The notes: a model not told the origin generated them from the sequence alone. Positions 17,446-27,220 are shown, numbered from the stretch's first letter. The stretch is DNA of 37,383 nucleotides from Hyphomicrobiales bacterium (GCA_027058735.1 JALURZ010000041.1:1-37383); one strand, 5' to 3'. A program made the numbers and translations.

Positions 17446-18105
17446 CTATTTCGCTTTCGCAGCCCAGGTGGCGCCGCCTTTCGGGTCGGGCTTGAACGAT
17501 ATCGCGTAATCGTGACTTCCCGCGCAATCGCTCACCGTCCAGGTCTCGTTCCACGGCGCGCGGGCCGCATCCGATGCCGCGCCGTCCAGCTCCGCCTTGA
17601 GCAGGCGCACGGACCGGGCCGGGCAGCCGCGCTTCCTGGCGCTTGCGCGCGCGACCGGCAGCAGGGCGCGGACAATATCCCACTGCAACCGCGGGCCCGC
17701 GCGCGATGAACCCGACAGCAGGGCGGCGTGCTGAACCTTGTTGTTGAAATAGGCGGTGAAAATCCTGCGCCTGTAGACGCCGCCGCAGCCGCCGATCTGG
17801 AAAATTTCGAGCCACTGGGGCGGGATGCCGATGGCCGCGAACCTGACCGGAGACCTGACGCGCATGACAGGCAGCCGGCGGCGTATTTCCGGCTCGCGGC
17901 ACGGCCCCAGGCGCTTTTCATATCCAATCGTATAGGCGACAAGCTGGTTGACATATGCGCGGCTCTCGATGAACTGCGCAAACGCCAGCCCCTGGATTGT
18001 TTCAGGCGGCTCGCCCGGCGCCGCACCCTGCGCCCGAGCCCCGGGCATCGCCATGGCGGCGCCCAGACCGACAACCAGAGCCAGCCCGAACCGGCGTGCA
18101 TTCAT
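17446..18105 (-). CDS. Secreted hypothetical protein (family not recognised)
   Basis: It has a signal peptide (MNARRFGLALVVGLGAAMAMPGARAQG), GC-rich codon usage consistent with its neighbours, and five Cys in the mature part. I found no recognisable motif. Confidence 0.55.
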   Translation of the reverse strand: MNARRFGLALVVGLGAAMAMPGARAQGAAPGEPPETIQGLAFAQFIESRAYVNQLVAYTIGYEKRLGPCREPEIRRRLPVMRVRSPVRFAAIGIPPQWLEIFQIGGCGGVYRRRIFTAYFNNKVQHAALLSGSSRAGPRLQWDIVRALLPVARASARKRGCPARSVRLLKAELDGAASDAARAPWNETWTVSDCAGSHDYAISFKPDPKGGATWAAKAK

Positions 18106-18137
18106 CGCAATCACCATTCGTCAATCTGATGCGCGCA

Positions 18138-18479
18138 TCACCATACCACATACTGGCCGGCAAGCAGAACCGCGGTTCCCCCGGCCACGCCCGCGCCAAG
18201 ATTCCGCCGCGCCACAAAGAAAGTCAGCACCCCGCATCCAAACGCACCCACCCGCAAGACCGGATCGACACCGGCCAGCGCACCCACCGGAAACAGCACC
18301 ATGCGCGCGACCAGCCCGGCGACGAGCGCCGTCGATACCGCGCGCACCCAGTTCAGCAACTCGCTGTCGATATCCAGATTGCGCGCCAGCACGACCCCCA
18401 GAAAACGCCACGGGGCGGTGGCGCCAAAGCCGGCGATGAGCAAGAACAGGTAGCTGGGAAACTCGCCGCCGAAGGTCAT
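18138..18479 (-). CDS. azlD: Branched-chain amino acid exporter small subunit AzlD
   Basis: 113-aa hydrophobic protein (MTFGGEFPSYLFLLIAGFGATAPWRFLGVVLA...). Its ATG overlaps the azlC stop (ATGA). Confidence 0.8.
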   Translation of the reverse strand: MTFGGEFPSYLFLLIAGFGATAPWRFLGVVLARNLDIDSELLNWVRAVSTALVAGLVARMVLFPVGALAGVDPVLRVGAFGCGVLTFFVARRNLGAGVAGGTAVLLAGQYVVW

Positions 18480-19228
18480 GGGCGCGCCTTTCGCCGGGCG
18501 CTTGCCCCATAGGCTATGGTGCCGCCGATCAGCCCCGTCGCCAGAAGATCGAACCCCGGCATCAGCACGAATAACGGCGGACCGATCGCAAAGCCCAGCG
18601 CCAGCGCCATCAGATCGACACGCCCGCGCGCGGACGCGATCAGGGACAACAGAAAATAGATCGGCGTCAGGAACAGCAGCCCGGCGGCAACTTCCACAGG
18701 CACGCGCCCGGCGACCAGAAAACCGATCAGCGTGGCGACAAGGTTGAGCACCAGAAAGGCGCTGGCCATGCCGAGAAAATAGGGCGCGCGCAGATGGGCG
18801 GGCAGTCCCGGCAGGCGCCGGTGGCCTTCGATCCACACGGTGACGGCGATAAAGTGCGACATCAGGAACTGCAACGGCCGCGAGACGCCGGCCCCCCGCA
18901 GCCACGGCATCAGCGAGACCGTCAGGGGCAGCAGCCGGATTGCGGTGAGCGTAACGGCGAATGCGGCCGTCACCAGGCCCGCCCCTTTGGCCACCTCATC
19001 GACGAGAACCACCTGGCCCGGCAAAGCCCAAACGATCAGGGTCGTGAACACCGCCTCTGCGGGGCTGAACCCCGTGGCCTGGGCCAGCGCGCCGAACCCG
19101 ATGAAGGTTGCGAACAGAACGACCGCCGGCGTCGAGGGCGCGAACCGGACGCCGCACCAGAACGCGCGGCGCGCCGTGGCGTCGTCGGCCCATTGCGGCG
19201 CGGGCGGCTTGTTCGGACTATCGGGCAC
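18476..19228 (-). CDS. azlC: AzlC-family branched-chain amino acid exporter
   Basis: 250-aa polytopic membrane protein (ALPGQVVLVDEV..., LTAIRLLPLTVSLMP...). The start is GTG at 19228 and is uncertain. Confidence 0.8.
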   Translation of the reverse strand: MPDSPNKPPAPQWADDATARRAFWCGVRFAPSTPAVVLFATFIGFGALAQATGFSPAEAVFTTLIVWALPGQVVLVDEVAKGAGLVTAAFAVTLTAIRLLPLTVSLMPWLRGAGVSRPLQFLMSHFIAVTVWIEGHRRLPGLPAHLRAPYFLGMASAFLVLNLVATLIGFLVAGRVPVEVAAGLLFLTPIYFLLSLIASARGRVDLMALALGFAIGPPLFVLMPGFDLLATGLIGGTIAYGASARRKARP

Positions 19229-19282
19229 GATGCTGGTTCTCTGAGGGCTTCAAGGTTCCCGCGCCCAAGAAGGATCCACCGC

Positions 19283-21700
19283 CTAGTCGGCGAGCAGGGG
19301 AACCTTGGGCACCGAACCGCCTTTGCCGCCACCCTTGCCGGGTCGCTTTTTCGGCTTGCGGCCCTTCGGCCTGGCGCGGCGCGCAGGCTCCTTGCGCGGT
19401 TTGGCCTTTTCCTTTTCGGGCGGCAGATATTCAAAATCCAGCACCGGCCGGGCGCCTTTCGGTTTTTTCAGCAAGACCCGAACCGTGCCGCCCTGTTTGA
19501 GCTTGCCGAACAGCAGTTCGTCGGCCAGCGGCTTCTTGATGTTCTCCTGAATGACCCGCGCCAGGGGACGCGCGCCATAGGCCTCGTCATAGCCTTCGCG
19601 CGCGATCCAGTCATTGGCCTCCTCGCTCAGTTCGATATTCACATTGCGGTCCTGCAACTGGGCTTCCAGTTCGAGCACGAACTTCTCCACCACCCGGCGC
19701 ACGACATCGCGCGGCAGGCCGGAGAACGAAACCACCGCATCGAGGCGGTTGCGGAATTCCGGCGAGAACATCCTGTTGATGGCTTCCGAACCGTCGTTGT
19801 CGCCCTTGGCACGCTGGAAACCGATGCTCGATCTGGCGAGTTCGGCGGCGCCCGCGTTGGTCGTCATGATGACGATGACATTGCGGAAGTCGATGCTCTT
19901 GCCGTTGTGGTCGGTCAGCTTGCCGTAGTCCATCACCTGCAGCAGGATATTGAACAGATCGGGGTGTGCCTTTTCGATTTCATCGAGCAGCAGGACGCAA
20001 TGGGGATGCTGATCGACGCCGTCGGTCAAAAGCCCGCCCTGGTCGAAACCCACATAGCCGGGCGGCGCGCCGATCAGGCGCGATACGGTGTGGCGCTCCA
20101 TATATTCCGACATGTCGAAGCGCAGCAGTTCAACGCCCAGCAGGTGCGACAACTGGCGCGCCACCTCGGTCTTGCCAACCCCGGTCGGCCCGGCGAACAG
20201 GTAGCAGCCGATGGGCTTTTCCGGTTCGCGCAGGCCCGCACGCGCCAGCTTGATGGCCGAGGTCAGCGCATCGATCGCCTTGTTCTGCCCGAACACGACC
20301 CGCTTCATGTCTTCGGCGAGATCGCGCAGCACGGCGGAATCGTCCTTCGAGACCGTTTTTGGCGGGATCCTCGCCATGGTCGCAATCGTGCCCTCGACGT
20401 CCTTGACGCCGATGGTCTTCCTGCGCCGCGAGGCCGGCAGCAGCATCTGGGATGCGCCGGTCTCGTCAATGACGTCGATCGCCTTGTCGGGCAATTTGCG
20501 GTCCGACATGTATTTGGCGGACAGTTCCACGGCCGACCTGATCGCCTCATTGGTGTAGCGGATCTTGTGAAAATCCTCGAAATAGGGTTTCAGACCCTTG
20601 AGAATTTTGATGGCGTCCGGCACGCTCGGCTCATTGATGTCGATCTTCTGGAACCGCCGGGCAAGCGCCCTGTCCTTTTCAAAATGCTGGCGGAACTCCT
20701 TGTATGTGGTCGAGCCCATACAGCGCAGCCCGCCTTTCTGCAGCGCCGGTTTCAGCAGATTGGAGGCGTCCATGGCGCCGCCGCTGGTGGCACCGGCGCC
20801 GATGACCGTGTGGATTTCATCGATGAACAAAATGGCGCCGGGCAGCGCTTCGATCTCCTTGATCACGCCCTTTATGCGCTCCTCAAAATCGCCACGATAG
20901 CGCGTGCCGGCCAGAAGCGCGCCCATATCGAGCTGATAGATCGTGCAGTCCTTGAGCACATCGGGCACCTCGCCCCCGACAATCTTGCGCGCCAGGCCTT
21001 CGGCGATCGCCGTCTTGCCGACACCGGGATCGCCGACGAACAACGGATTGTTCTTCTGGCGCCGGCACAGGATCTGGGTTGCGCGCGCAACTTCGCGCTC
21101 ACGCCCGATCAGGGGGTCGATCTTGCCCTCCATGGCGCGCTGATTGAGATCGATGCAATAGGCCTCAAGCGCATCATTGGCGTCGCGGCCGGTGCCCGTC
21201 TCGCCGCGATCGGCCGCCTCGTCCTCCAGGCCGCGCACCGGTTTTTCGGTCGACAAACCGGGCTGCTTGGCGATGCCGTGGGAGATGTAGTTGACCGCGT
21301 CATAGCGCGTCATTTCCTGTTCCTGCAGGAAGAACGCCGCATGGCTTTCGCGTTCGGCGAAGATGGCGACCAGGACATTGGCGCCGGTCACCTCTTCGCG
21401 CCCGGAGGACTGCACATGAATGACCGCGCGCTGAATAACGCGCTGGAACCCGGCGGTCGGCTTGGAATCCTCGCCATCCTCGCTCGCCAGATCGGCAAGT
21501 TCATTCTCGACATAATATTCAAGATGGCCGCGCAGCACATCCAGATCGACATTGCACGCGCGCATCACCGAGCCCGCATCCTTGTCATCGATCAGCGCCA
21601 GCAGGAGATGCTCCAGCGTCGCATATTCGTGGGCCTGCTCATTGGCGATGGCCAGGGCGCGGTGCAGGGCGTCTTCAAGGTTTCGCGAAAATGTCGGCAC
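19283..21700 (-). CDS. clpA: ATP-dependent Clp protease ATP-binding subunit ClpA
   Basis: 805 aa with a GTG start preceded by GGAG. The N-terminus is (M)[21 protein letters not shown]. There are two Walker A motifs ([16 protein letters not shown]) and a basic C-terminal extension. Confidence 0.96.
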   Translation of the reverse strand: MPTFSRNLEDALHRALAIANEQAHEYATLEHLLLALIDDKDAGSVMRACNVDLDVLRGHLEYYVENELADLASEDGEDSKPTAGFQRVIQRAVIHVQSSGREEVTGANVLVAIFAERESHAAFFLQEQEMTRYDAVNYISHGIAKQPGLSTEKPVRGLEDEAADRGETGTGRDANDALEAYCIDLNQRAMEGKIDPLIGREREVARATQILCRRQKNNPLFVGDPGVGKTAIAEGLARKIVGGEVPDVLKDCTIYQLDMGALLAGTRYRGDFEERIKGVIKEIEALPGAILFIDEIHTVIGAGATSGGAMDASNLLKPALQKGGLRCMGSTTYKEFRQHFEKDRALARRFQKIDINEPSVPDAIKILKGLKPYFEDFHKIRYTNEAIRSAVELSAKYMSDRKLPDKAIDVIDETGASQMLLPASRRRKTIGVKDVEGTIATMARIPPKTVSKDDSAVLRDLAEDMKRVVFGQNKAIDALTSAIKLARAGLREPEKPIGCYLFAGPTGVGKTEVARQLSHLLGVELLRFDMSEYMERHTVSRLIGAPPGYVGFDQGGLLTDGVDQHPHCVLLLDEIEKAHPDLFNILLQVMDYGKLTDHNGKSIDFRNVIVIMTTNAGAAELARSSIGFQRAKGDNDGSEAINRMFSPEFRNRLDAVVSFSGLPRDVVRRVVEKFVLELEAQLQDRNVNIELSEEANDWIAREGYDEAYGARPLARVIQENIKKPLADELLFGKLKQGGTVRVLLKKPKGARPVLDFEYLPPEKEKAKPRKEPARRARPKGRKPKKRPGKGGGKGGSVPKVPLLAD

Positions 21701-21709
21701 GACGGCTCC

Positions 21710-22045
21710 CTATTCCTTTTCCATGGTGCATTGTAGAGGATGTTCGTGCTGTTCTGCAAAGGCCATGACCTGAGTGACCTTGGTTTCCGCGATCTCATAG
21801 GTATAGACGCCGCAGACTCCGACACCTTTCTGGTGCACATGCAGCATGATCCGTGTCGCGTCCTCGCGGCTTTTGCGGAAAAATTTTTCCAGCACCGCAA
21901 TGACGAATTCCATCGGCGTGTAATCGTCGTTCAGCAGAATCACCTTGTAAAGCCGGGGCTTTTTCGTCCTGCGGCGCGTGCGCGTCAATACCCCGGTCGA
22001 CCCGCGGCCATCGGCCCCGTCATCGCGCTCATCCTGCCCGGCCAT
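21710..22045 (-). CDS. clpS: ClpS adaptor protein
   Basis: 111 aa from ATG 22045, containing [24 protein letters not shown]. It lies immediately upstream of clpA. Confidence 0.93.
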   Translation of the reverse strand: MAGQDERDDGADGRGSTGVLTRTRRRTKKPRLYKVILLNDDYTPMEFVIAVLEKFFRKSREDATRIMLHVHQKGVGVCGVYTYEIAETKVTQVMAFAEQHEHPLQCTMEKE

Positions 22046-22210
22046 GAGGGCCGGCACCGCCTCAACACATCCAGAGCCTGTCCACATGGCGCCAGAAAAC
22101 CCTGTTTCAACCATCAGCCTGCACGGGCATCCGCCCCCACTCCATATGGGGGGCCAAACCGGCGAATACGAGACCCGGAACGGGATTCGCCTTCGCGCCC
22201 GGCAATATAC

Positions 22211-22245
22211 AAAAAAAAAGCCCGGTGCGAAAACCCGCACCGGGC
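22211..22245 (-). terminator. Canonical intrinsic terminator downstream of the phasin gene
   Basis: The minus strand reads GCCCGGUGCG-GGUUUU-CGCACCGGGC followed by nine U. This is a 10-bp stem lying 30 nt after the phasin stop. Confidence 0.9.
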
Positions 22246-22275
22246 AATTTGACGGGCCTGAGACCAAAGGGTCGG

Positions 22276-22638
22276 TCAGGCAACCTTCTTGGCGTCAGCC
22301 GTGACGGTCTTGGAGAACTCGCCGACACGCGCCTCGATCGGCTTGTAGACATCCTTGGCGGTCTCGACATAGAGCTCGCCAACCTTGCCCATCTTTTCCA
22401 CATAGCCCTCATAGGCGGTCTTGGCGAATTTGGTCTGCAGATCGACAGCCTTTTCCACCGACTTGGCCTGAAGCACCTCTTCGAACGCAGCGGCGCCGGT
22501 TTCAAAAGACGTGCGCGCGAAGTCCGCCATTTCCGTGGCGATGGTCTGCAACCCGCTGGTCAGCGCCGTTGCGCTGGCAACCGCGGCATCAAGATTGTCT
22601 TTGCCGATCGTTTGAAGCTCTTCGAAATTTTTCATCAT
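22276..22638 (-). CDS. phaP: Phasin (PHA granule-associated protein)
   Basis: It begins [46 protein letters not shown] and is a typical alphaproteobacterial phasin. GGAG lies upstream of ATG 22638. Confidence 0.88.
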   Translation of the reverse strand: MMKNFEELQTIGKDNLDAAVASATALTSGLQTIATEMADFARTSFETGAAAFEEVLQAKSVEKAVDLQTKFAKTAYEGYVEKMGKVGELYVETAKDVYKPIEARVGEFSKTVTADAKKVA

Positions 22639-23081
22639 GTTCCCAACTCCATCTGGGTGAAATTCCGGCCGCATCGACAATGTGTCTGTTGCGATGCAGC
22701 ATAATTAGGCGCAGCGCAGCAAAATGTCAAGGATTTTTTTGCACTGCACAATTTTTTAACCATAACGCCGCCCGGGACCAAAAATTGGTGCGGTTTTACA
22801 AATTGGTAACGCCGAAAGCGGAAAATGGGCGCGGTCTGTAAGTCAGGCCTCATATTGCCGGAAAATGCGTCTCGCCGGCGCATCAGGCTACAAATTTGTG
22901 AGTGCGTCATGTTGTTGACCGGATTTACAGTGTTGAGCGATCCTGCGGTCCTCTCAGGTGTATCCCTGATCGATCTGGCACTTCTCTCACCGATTTCAGC
23001 AAGCACGGACTTCGTGACCATGGCGGTCATGGCGGCAATTTTGCTGTTGACGGTAAAATAGAACACAACGGGGAGGTGTTC

Positions 23082-24518
23082 ATGCGCGGTGGTGTTCGGG
23101 CCGGTTTTCGGACTGGCGGCGGGAGGGCTATTGCAAGAACGCTGCTCGGCATTGTCGCCGCCGCGACACTGCTTGTCGTCAGTGCGGCGCCGGGCGCGCG
23201 GGCGGCGCCGAAATTCTCCTCAATCGTCATTGACGGGCATACCGGGCGGGTCATTCAGGCCAACCGGGCCCGCGAGTTGCGTTATCCCGCCTCGCTGACG
23301 AAGATGATGACGCTTTACATGCTGTTTGACGAGTTGAAGGCCAAACGCATTTCCCTGAACACCAAGCTGGTGGTCTCGGCGCGCGCCGCCGCGCAGCAGC
23401 CTTCGCGCCTCGGTCTCAAGCCAGGCAACCGGATCACCGTCAAGAACGCGATCCTCGCGCTGATCACCAAATCCGCCAATGATGTCGCGGTGGTCGTGGC
23501 GGAAAGTATTGCGGGCAGCGAATCCGCCTTCGCCCGGCGCATGACCAGGCGTGCCCGCGCCATCGGCATGAAACGCACCACGTTTCGCAATGCCTCCGGC
23601 CTGCCAAACCGCGCGCAGGTGACGACCGCCTACGACATGGCCCAACTCGCCCGCGCCCTCGCCAGCCGGTTTCCCGAATATTACGGTTATTTCAAGACCC
23701 GCACCTTCCGCTATCGCGGCAAGGTCTATTACAACTATAATCGTCTTCTTGGGCGCGTTGCCGGCGTGGACGGTATCAAGACCGGCTATACCCGCGCGTC
23801 GGGCTACAATCTGACAACATCGGTCAAACGCAACGGCAGGTATCTGATCGCGGTTGTGATCGGCGGGCGCTCTGGGCGGGCGCGCAACCGCACGATGAAG
23901 GCGCTGCTGAGCCGCAATTTCGCCAAGGCCGTGGTGCGCCGCTCGAAACCCGCCGCATCGAAAGTCGCGGCTACCGGCAAACCGCGAAAGATGCAGGACC
24001 GGATCGCTCCCGACCCGACAAAGCCCAGTGTCATCGCGACGGTGGTGACGGGCCGGTCGCAATCGCGCGTGACCACCCTGCCCGCACCGCTCACGCCCCC
24101 GGCGGCGAGACCGCGCGTGGCAGCCCTCAAGCCCACAGTGCTGATCGCGCCGGCTTCCGCGCGCACCCCGCAGCCGGACCCGACGGAAGTGCCGCTTGCC
24201 TCAAAGCCGGACGCACCGCGCATCGAGCCCGGCAAACCGCAGGTCACGGCCACGGACGAGCAGCGCTATGATAGCTGGGCCATCCAAATCGGCGCCTTCG
24301 CCAGCGAGGATGCCGCACGCCAGCGGCTGGCACTGGCCAAATCGAAGCGCGTGCAGGCCATCAAGGGAAAACGGGAACTGGCGGTGAGCGCCGATGTCAG
24401 CGGCAAGACCTATTTTCGCGCCCGGTTCGCCGGCTTCGCCAGCCGCAATCGCGCCGAGCGCGCCTGCCGGGGCCTGCGGCGCAAGGCGATCCGGTGCTAC
24501 GCGATCGCGCCCAACTGA
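23082..24518 (+). CDS. D-alanyl-D-alanine carboxypeptidase (S11 PBP) with a C-terminal SPOR domain
   Basis: GGGGAGG RBS precedes ATG 23082, and there is a signal peptide. Three PBP motifs are present: SxxK (ASLTK), SxN (KSAND) and KTG (IKTGYT). A Pro/Ala-rich linker leads to a SPOR-like end (WAIQIGAFASEDAARQ...YFRARFAGFASRNRAERAC). Confidence 0.88.
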   Translation: MRGGVRAGFRTGGGRAIARTLLGIVAAATLLVVSAAPGARAAPKFSSIVIDGHTGRVIQANRARELRYPASLTKMMTLYMLFDELKAKRISLNTKLVVSARAAAQQPSRLGLKPGNRITVKNAILALITKSANDVAVVVAESIAGSESAFARRMTRRARAIGMKRTTFRNASGLPNRAQVTTAYDMAQLARALASRFPEYYGYFKTRTFRYRGKVYYNYNRLLGRVAGVDGIKTGYTRASGYNLTTSVKRNGRYLIAVVIGGRSGRARNRTMKALLSRNFAKAVVRRSKPAASKVAATGKPRKMQDRIAPDPTKPSVIATVVTGRSQSRVTTLPAPLTPPAARPRVAALKPTVLIAPASARTPQPDPTEVPLASKPDAPRIEPGKPQVTATDEQRYDSWAIQIGAFASEDAARQRLALAKSKRVQAIKGKRELAVSADVSGKTYFRARFAGFASRNRAERACRGLRRKAIRCYAIAPN

Positions 24519-24600
24519 GCATGGCGGCCTGATCGCGATCGGGCTGTCGGCGCGTCAGACCGGCGGGGTGCACGGGCATCGTGGCGCGCACGCCACGCGC

Positions 24601-25341
24601 CTACCCGTCCGCGAGCAGGACATCCTTGGCCTGGTTGATCTTGGCGGCGAGATAGCTGGACCCGCCATGGTCGGGATGAAACTGTTTCATCAGCGCCTTG
24701 TGCGCCCTGCGGATTTCGGTTTCGCCCGGGTTTTCACCCAGCCCCAGAACCTCGCAGGCCTCCTCCCGGCTCATGGCCGACGAAGGACCGGCCGCGCCCG
24801 ATTTGCCTCCCTTGCCGCCGGTCGCGGCCCCCGGCGCGGACTCATGGTCGCGCCAGCCATCGTGCATCGCATCAAGATAGGCCTCGAGAAGCGCCAGGCT
24901 CTGGTCCCCCGCCCCGCCGCACTCGCGATGCAGCGCAAACAGTTCGTCAAGCGAAAGAGCGCTCAACTGCCGATCGGTGTAATCGCCGCGCAGAACCCGC
25001 CCGTCGATGGACCCGCTGTCGTGGTCCAGCGTCATTTCAAGATACGAGGTGCGCACCTTCGATGCCTGGTGCGCCGACTTGCGCTGGCCCATTCCCGAAA
25101 AGCCGAACCCCGGCAGGTTGAACGGCAGCCGCCTGCCGAAAAGCCGCAGGGCGAATATCAGCAGCGGCACGGACAAGATGACCCGTCCGGTAACCGCGAA
25201 AAAACCCGCCGCCAGCAGCAGCAGCGCCGCACCCGCCCAGCGCACCCCCTTGGCCAGCATCTTGGGGTCTGCCTGAACGAACAGCTTTGCGCCGATCAGC
25301 AGAAAAAACAGGAGCAGGACGCCAAGGGCGAAAAATTGCAT
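24601..25341 (-). CDS. Inner-membrane J-domain protein (Pam18/Tim14-like J domain)
   Basis: It has N-terminal hydrophobic segments and a C-terminal MSREEACEVLGLGENPGETEIRRAHKALMKQFHPDHGGSSYLAAKINQAKDVLL. This carries the HPD motif and closely resembles the short Pam18-type J domain. Confidence 0.8.
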   Translation of the reverse strand: MQFFALGVLLLFFLLIGAKLFVQADPKMLAKGVRWAGAALLLLAAGFFAVTGRVILSVPLLIFALRLFGRRLPFNLPGFGFSGMGQRKSAHQASKVRTSYLEMTLDHDSGSIDGRVLRGDYTDRQLSALSLDELFALHRECGGAGDQSLALLEAYLDAMHDGWRDHESAPGAATGGKGGKSGAAGPSSAMSREEACEVLGLGENPGETEIRRAHKALMKQFHPDHGGSSYLAAKINQAKDVLLADG

Positions 25342-25346
25342 GGCGA

Positions 25347-26072
25347 CTATTTCAGTTGTTCCAGCAGCGCCGCGACATCGCCGCTTGAGCGCGACGAATA
25401 ATCGGCCAGCGCAGTCTGCCCTCCCGCGGCGTAAACCGCAACGGCCGACAGCAGCTCACGCAGGCGCCCGGCCGACGACAGGTCAAACCGGCAATAGGCG
25501 CCATGGGTCAGCCGGGCGATTTCGCGGAAAGCCGCTTCGGCGCCCGGCTCCATGCCTTCCTGAAACATGAAAAACGGAATGCCCAAAAGCCCCAGCTCTC
25601 CGGCCCGCGCGCACAGGCGGTCCACATCCTCTTCCATGCAATCACCGACATAAACGACGGCATTGACCTTGCCGGCTTTCGCTTCGCGCTTCACATGGGC
25701 AAGCACCTTGCCGATCTGGGTCTGCCCGCCGCGGCAATAGACCGACGACATGAGCTCCGCCAGCCGCGAGGCGTCGTTGACCCATTTGCTGGCCCGGCAT
25801 TCGCGAAAGCCCCGGAAATAGACGAGCTGCACCGCGAGGCCGCCGATGGCGGCGGTTTCCAGAAACATCTGCCCCTGCAATTCGCACGCCCGGTCCCAGG
25901 TGGGCTGCCGGCTCATGGTGGCATCGAGCGCGAAAATCAGCCGCCCGCGCACGCCGCCGCGCTCCGGCTTCTTCATCGTGCGGATCTTTGACAGGAAACG
26001 ATCGACATCGTCGTCGCTGGACGCAGGCGTCGCGGCATCCGGCACGACGGGACGCTGATCCTTCTTGCCCAT
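25347..26072 (-). CDS. von Willebrand factor A (VWA) domain protein
   Basis: 241 aa from ATG 26072. It has a MIDAS-like LIFALDATMS motif and a later VVYVGDCMEED. The stop is 5 nt from the start of the J-domain gene. Confidence 0.7.
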   Translation of the reverse strand: MGKKDQRPVVPDAATPASSDDDVDRFLSKIRTMKKPERGGVRGRLIFALDATMSRQPTWDRACELQGQMFLETAAIGGLAVQLVYFRGFRECRASKWVNDASRLAELMSSVYCRGGQTQIGKVLAHVKREAKAGKVNAVVYVGDCMEEDVDRLCARAGELGLLGIPFFMFQEGMEPGAEAAFREIARLTHGAYCRFDLSSAGRLRELLSAVAVYAAGGQTALADYSSRSSGDVAALLEQLK

Positions 26073-26207
26073 GGTTCCTCTCACAAGCAGGTGCGCGCAG
26101 CGGCCAAGGGGGCGATCGCTGCTTCACATCTAACAGATAGCAGCACCGGCAGGGCTGGAAAAGGGCGGCGGCGGCAGTGCGGCGTGACTTTTTTCTTGAG
26201 CCTGCTC

Positions 26208-27089
26208 TCAGGACGCTATCGTAGCCGGCACCGTGGCCAGCATTTCCTGACCGCTCAATTTACGGTCCATCGGCAGGTTGAGGAACTTCAAAAGCGCGCG
26301 CACTTCGTGGCGGGCGGCGAGATGCGACATGGAAATGTTGATGCCGCTGTCCTTGTGCATCACATCGAACAGCGTCAGCCCGCGCGGAAACAACTCGCGG
26401 AATATCACCCGGTCGCCGAGACCCGGCGCCAGGCGGAAATCGAGTTCCCCCGGCAGAACGCTCAGCAACCGGTCGATGCGCAGCTTGTTTCTCGATGCGA
26501 TCCGGTTGAACCGGTTGCGCACCACAACCCAGTCGATATCGGCATTATCGACGCTGTCGCGCCGGCGCCGGCTTTCGCGCACCATCAGCGCATACTGGCT
26601 GGGGCGCACCGCGTCGTAGGATTCCCCGTCCACATTCACCAGCACGTCGAGGTCGATGAAACTCTCGTTGATCGGGGTGATGAGCGTATCGGCCATGGAG
26701 TGTCCGAGGCGCGAAAGATAGTTGTCGCTGCCCGGCGAATCGATCACCACGAAATCACACTCATGCTCAAGGTGCCCGATGGCCTCGGCGAAGACGCCAA
26801 ACTCGCGTTCCTCGTCGCGGTCGAGATGGCCGGTCTCGCCCGAAGCGATCGTGTAGTGAACAGGCAGCGGCAGGTCGAGACATTTGCGCCGCGCCCAGTC
26901 TTCGCGGTTTTCCAGATAGCGCGTCAGCGATTGCTGGCGGCTGTCGAGGTCGATGGTCCCGACCGTCATCCCTTTGTCAAGCAACGCGACGACCAGATGC
27001 ATCGCAATCGTGGATTTGCCCGATCCGCCCTTTTCATTGCCAACAACGATGACATGGGCCGATCTGAATACGCGACCTAGTTCAGTCAT
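26208..27089 (-). CDS. mipZ: Division-plane positioning ATPase MipZ (ParA/MinD superfamily)
   Basis: It has a deviant Walker A (VVGNEKGGSGKSTIAMHL), then IDLDSRQQSLTRYLENR, DWVVVRNR and RVIFRELFPRGLT. It is collinear with Caulobacter MipZ as I recall it. Confidence 0.9.
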   Translation of the reverse strand: MTELGRVFRSAHVIVVGNEKGGSGKSTIAMHLVVALLDKGMTVGTIDLDSRQQSLTRYLENREDWARRKCLDLPLPVHYTIASGETGHLDRDEEREFGVFAEAIGHLEHECDFVVIDSPGSDNYLSRLGHSMADTLITPINESFIDLDVLVNVDGESYDAVRPSQYALMVRESRRRRDSVDNADIDWVVVRNRFNRIASRNKLRIDRLLSVLPGELDFRLAPGLGDRVIFRELFPRGLTLFDVMHKDSGINISMSHLAARHEVRALLKFLNLPMDRKLSGQEMLATVPATIAS

Positions 27090-27171
27090 TACTCTTACCC
27101 GATAACCGCACCACAACCCCACCGGCACCCCGTGTCCATGAATACTGGGCGCGCGTGAGGCAATCAGTCAA

Positions 27172-27201
27172 GGAAAACCACCAAATCTTCGTCTTTTGGT
27201 G
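27172..27201 (-). terminator. Probable intrinsic terminator after putA
   Basis: The minus strand reads CACCAAA-agacgaaga-UUUGGUG followed by GUUUUCC, 20 nt after the putA stop. The stem is short and the U tract is short. Confidence 0.45.
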
Positions 27202-27220
27202 AATCGGCGCGGTGTGCAGT

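Noticed and set aside
18794-21736. A 980-aa ORF on the plus strand spanning the whole clpA locus.
   Set aside because: It lies exactly antisense to an unmistakable clpA gene. The translation is low-complexity, Arg/Gly/Ala/His-rich, and has no recognisable motif. Long stop-free antisense frames are expected in high-GC3 genes.
22909-23061. A 50-aa hydrophobic small ORF (MLLTGFTVLSDPAVLSGVSLIDLALLSPISASTDFVTMAVMAAILLLTVK) ending 20 nt upstream of the DD-carboxypeptidase start.
   Set aside because: It has no convincing RBS, and its third-codon-position GC looks far lower than in neighbouring genes. It lies in a promoter-like, lower-GC spacer. It could be a real uORF or small membrane peptide, but the sequence alone does not support calling it.
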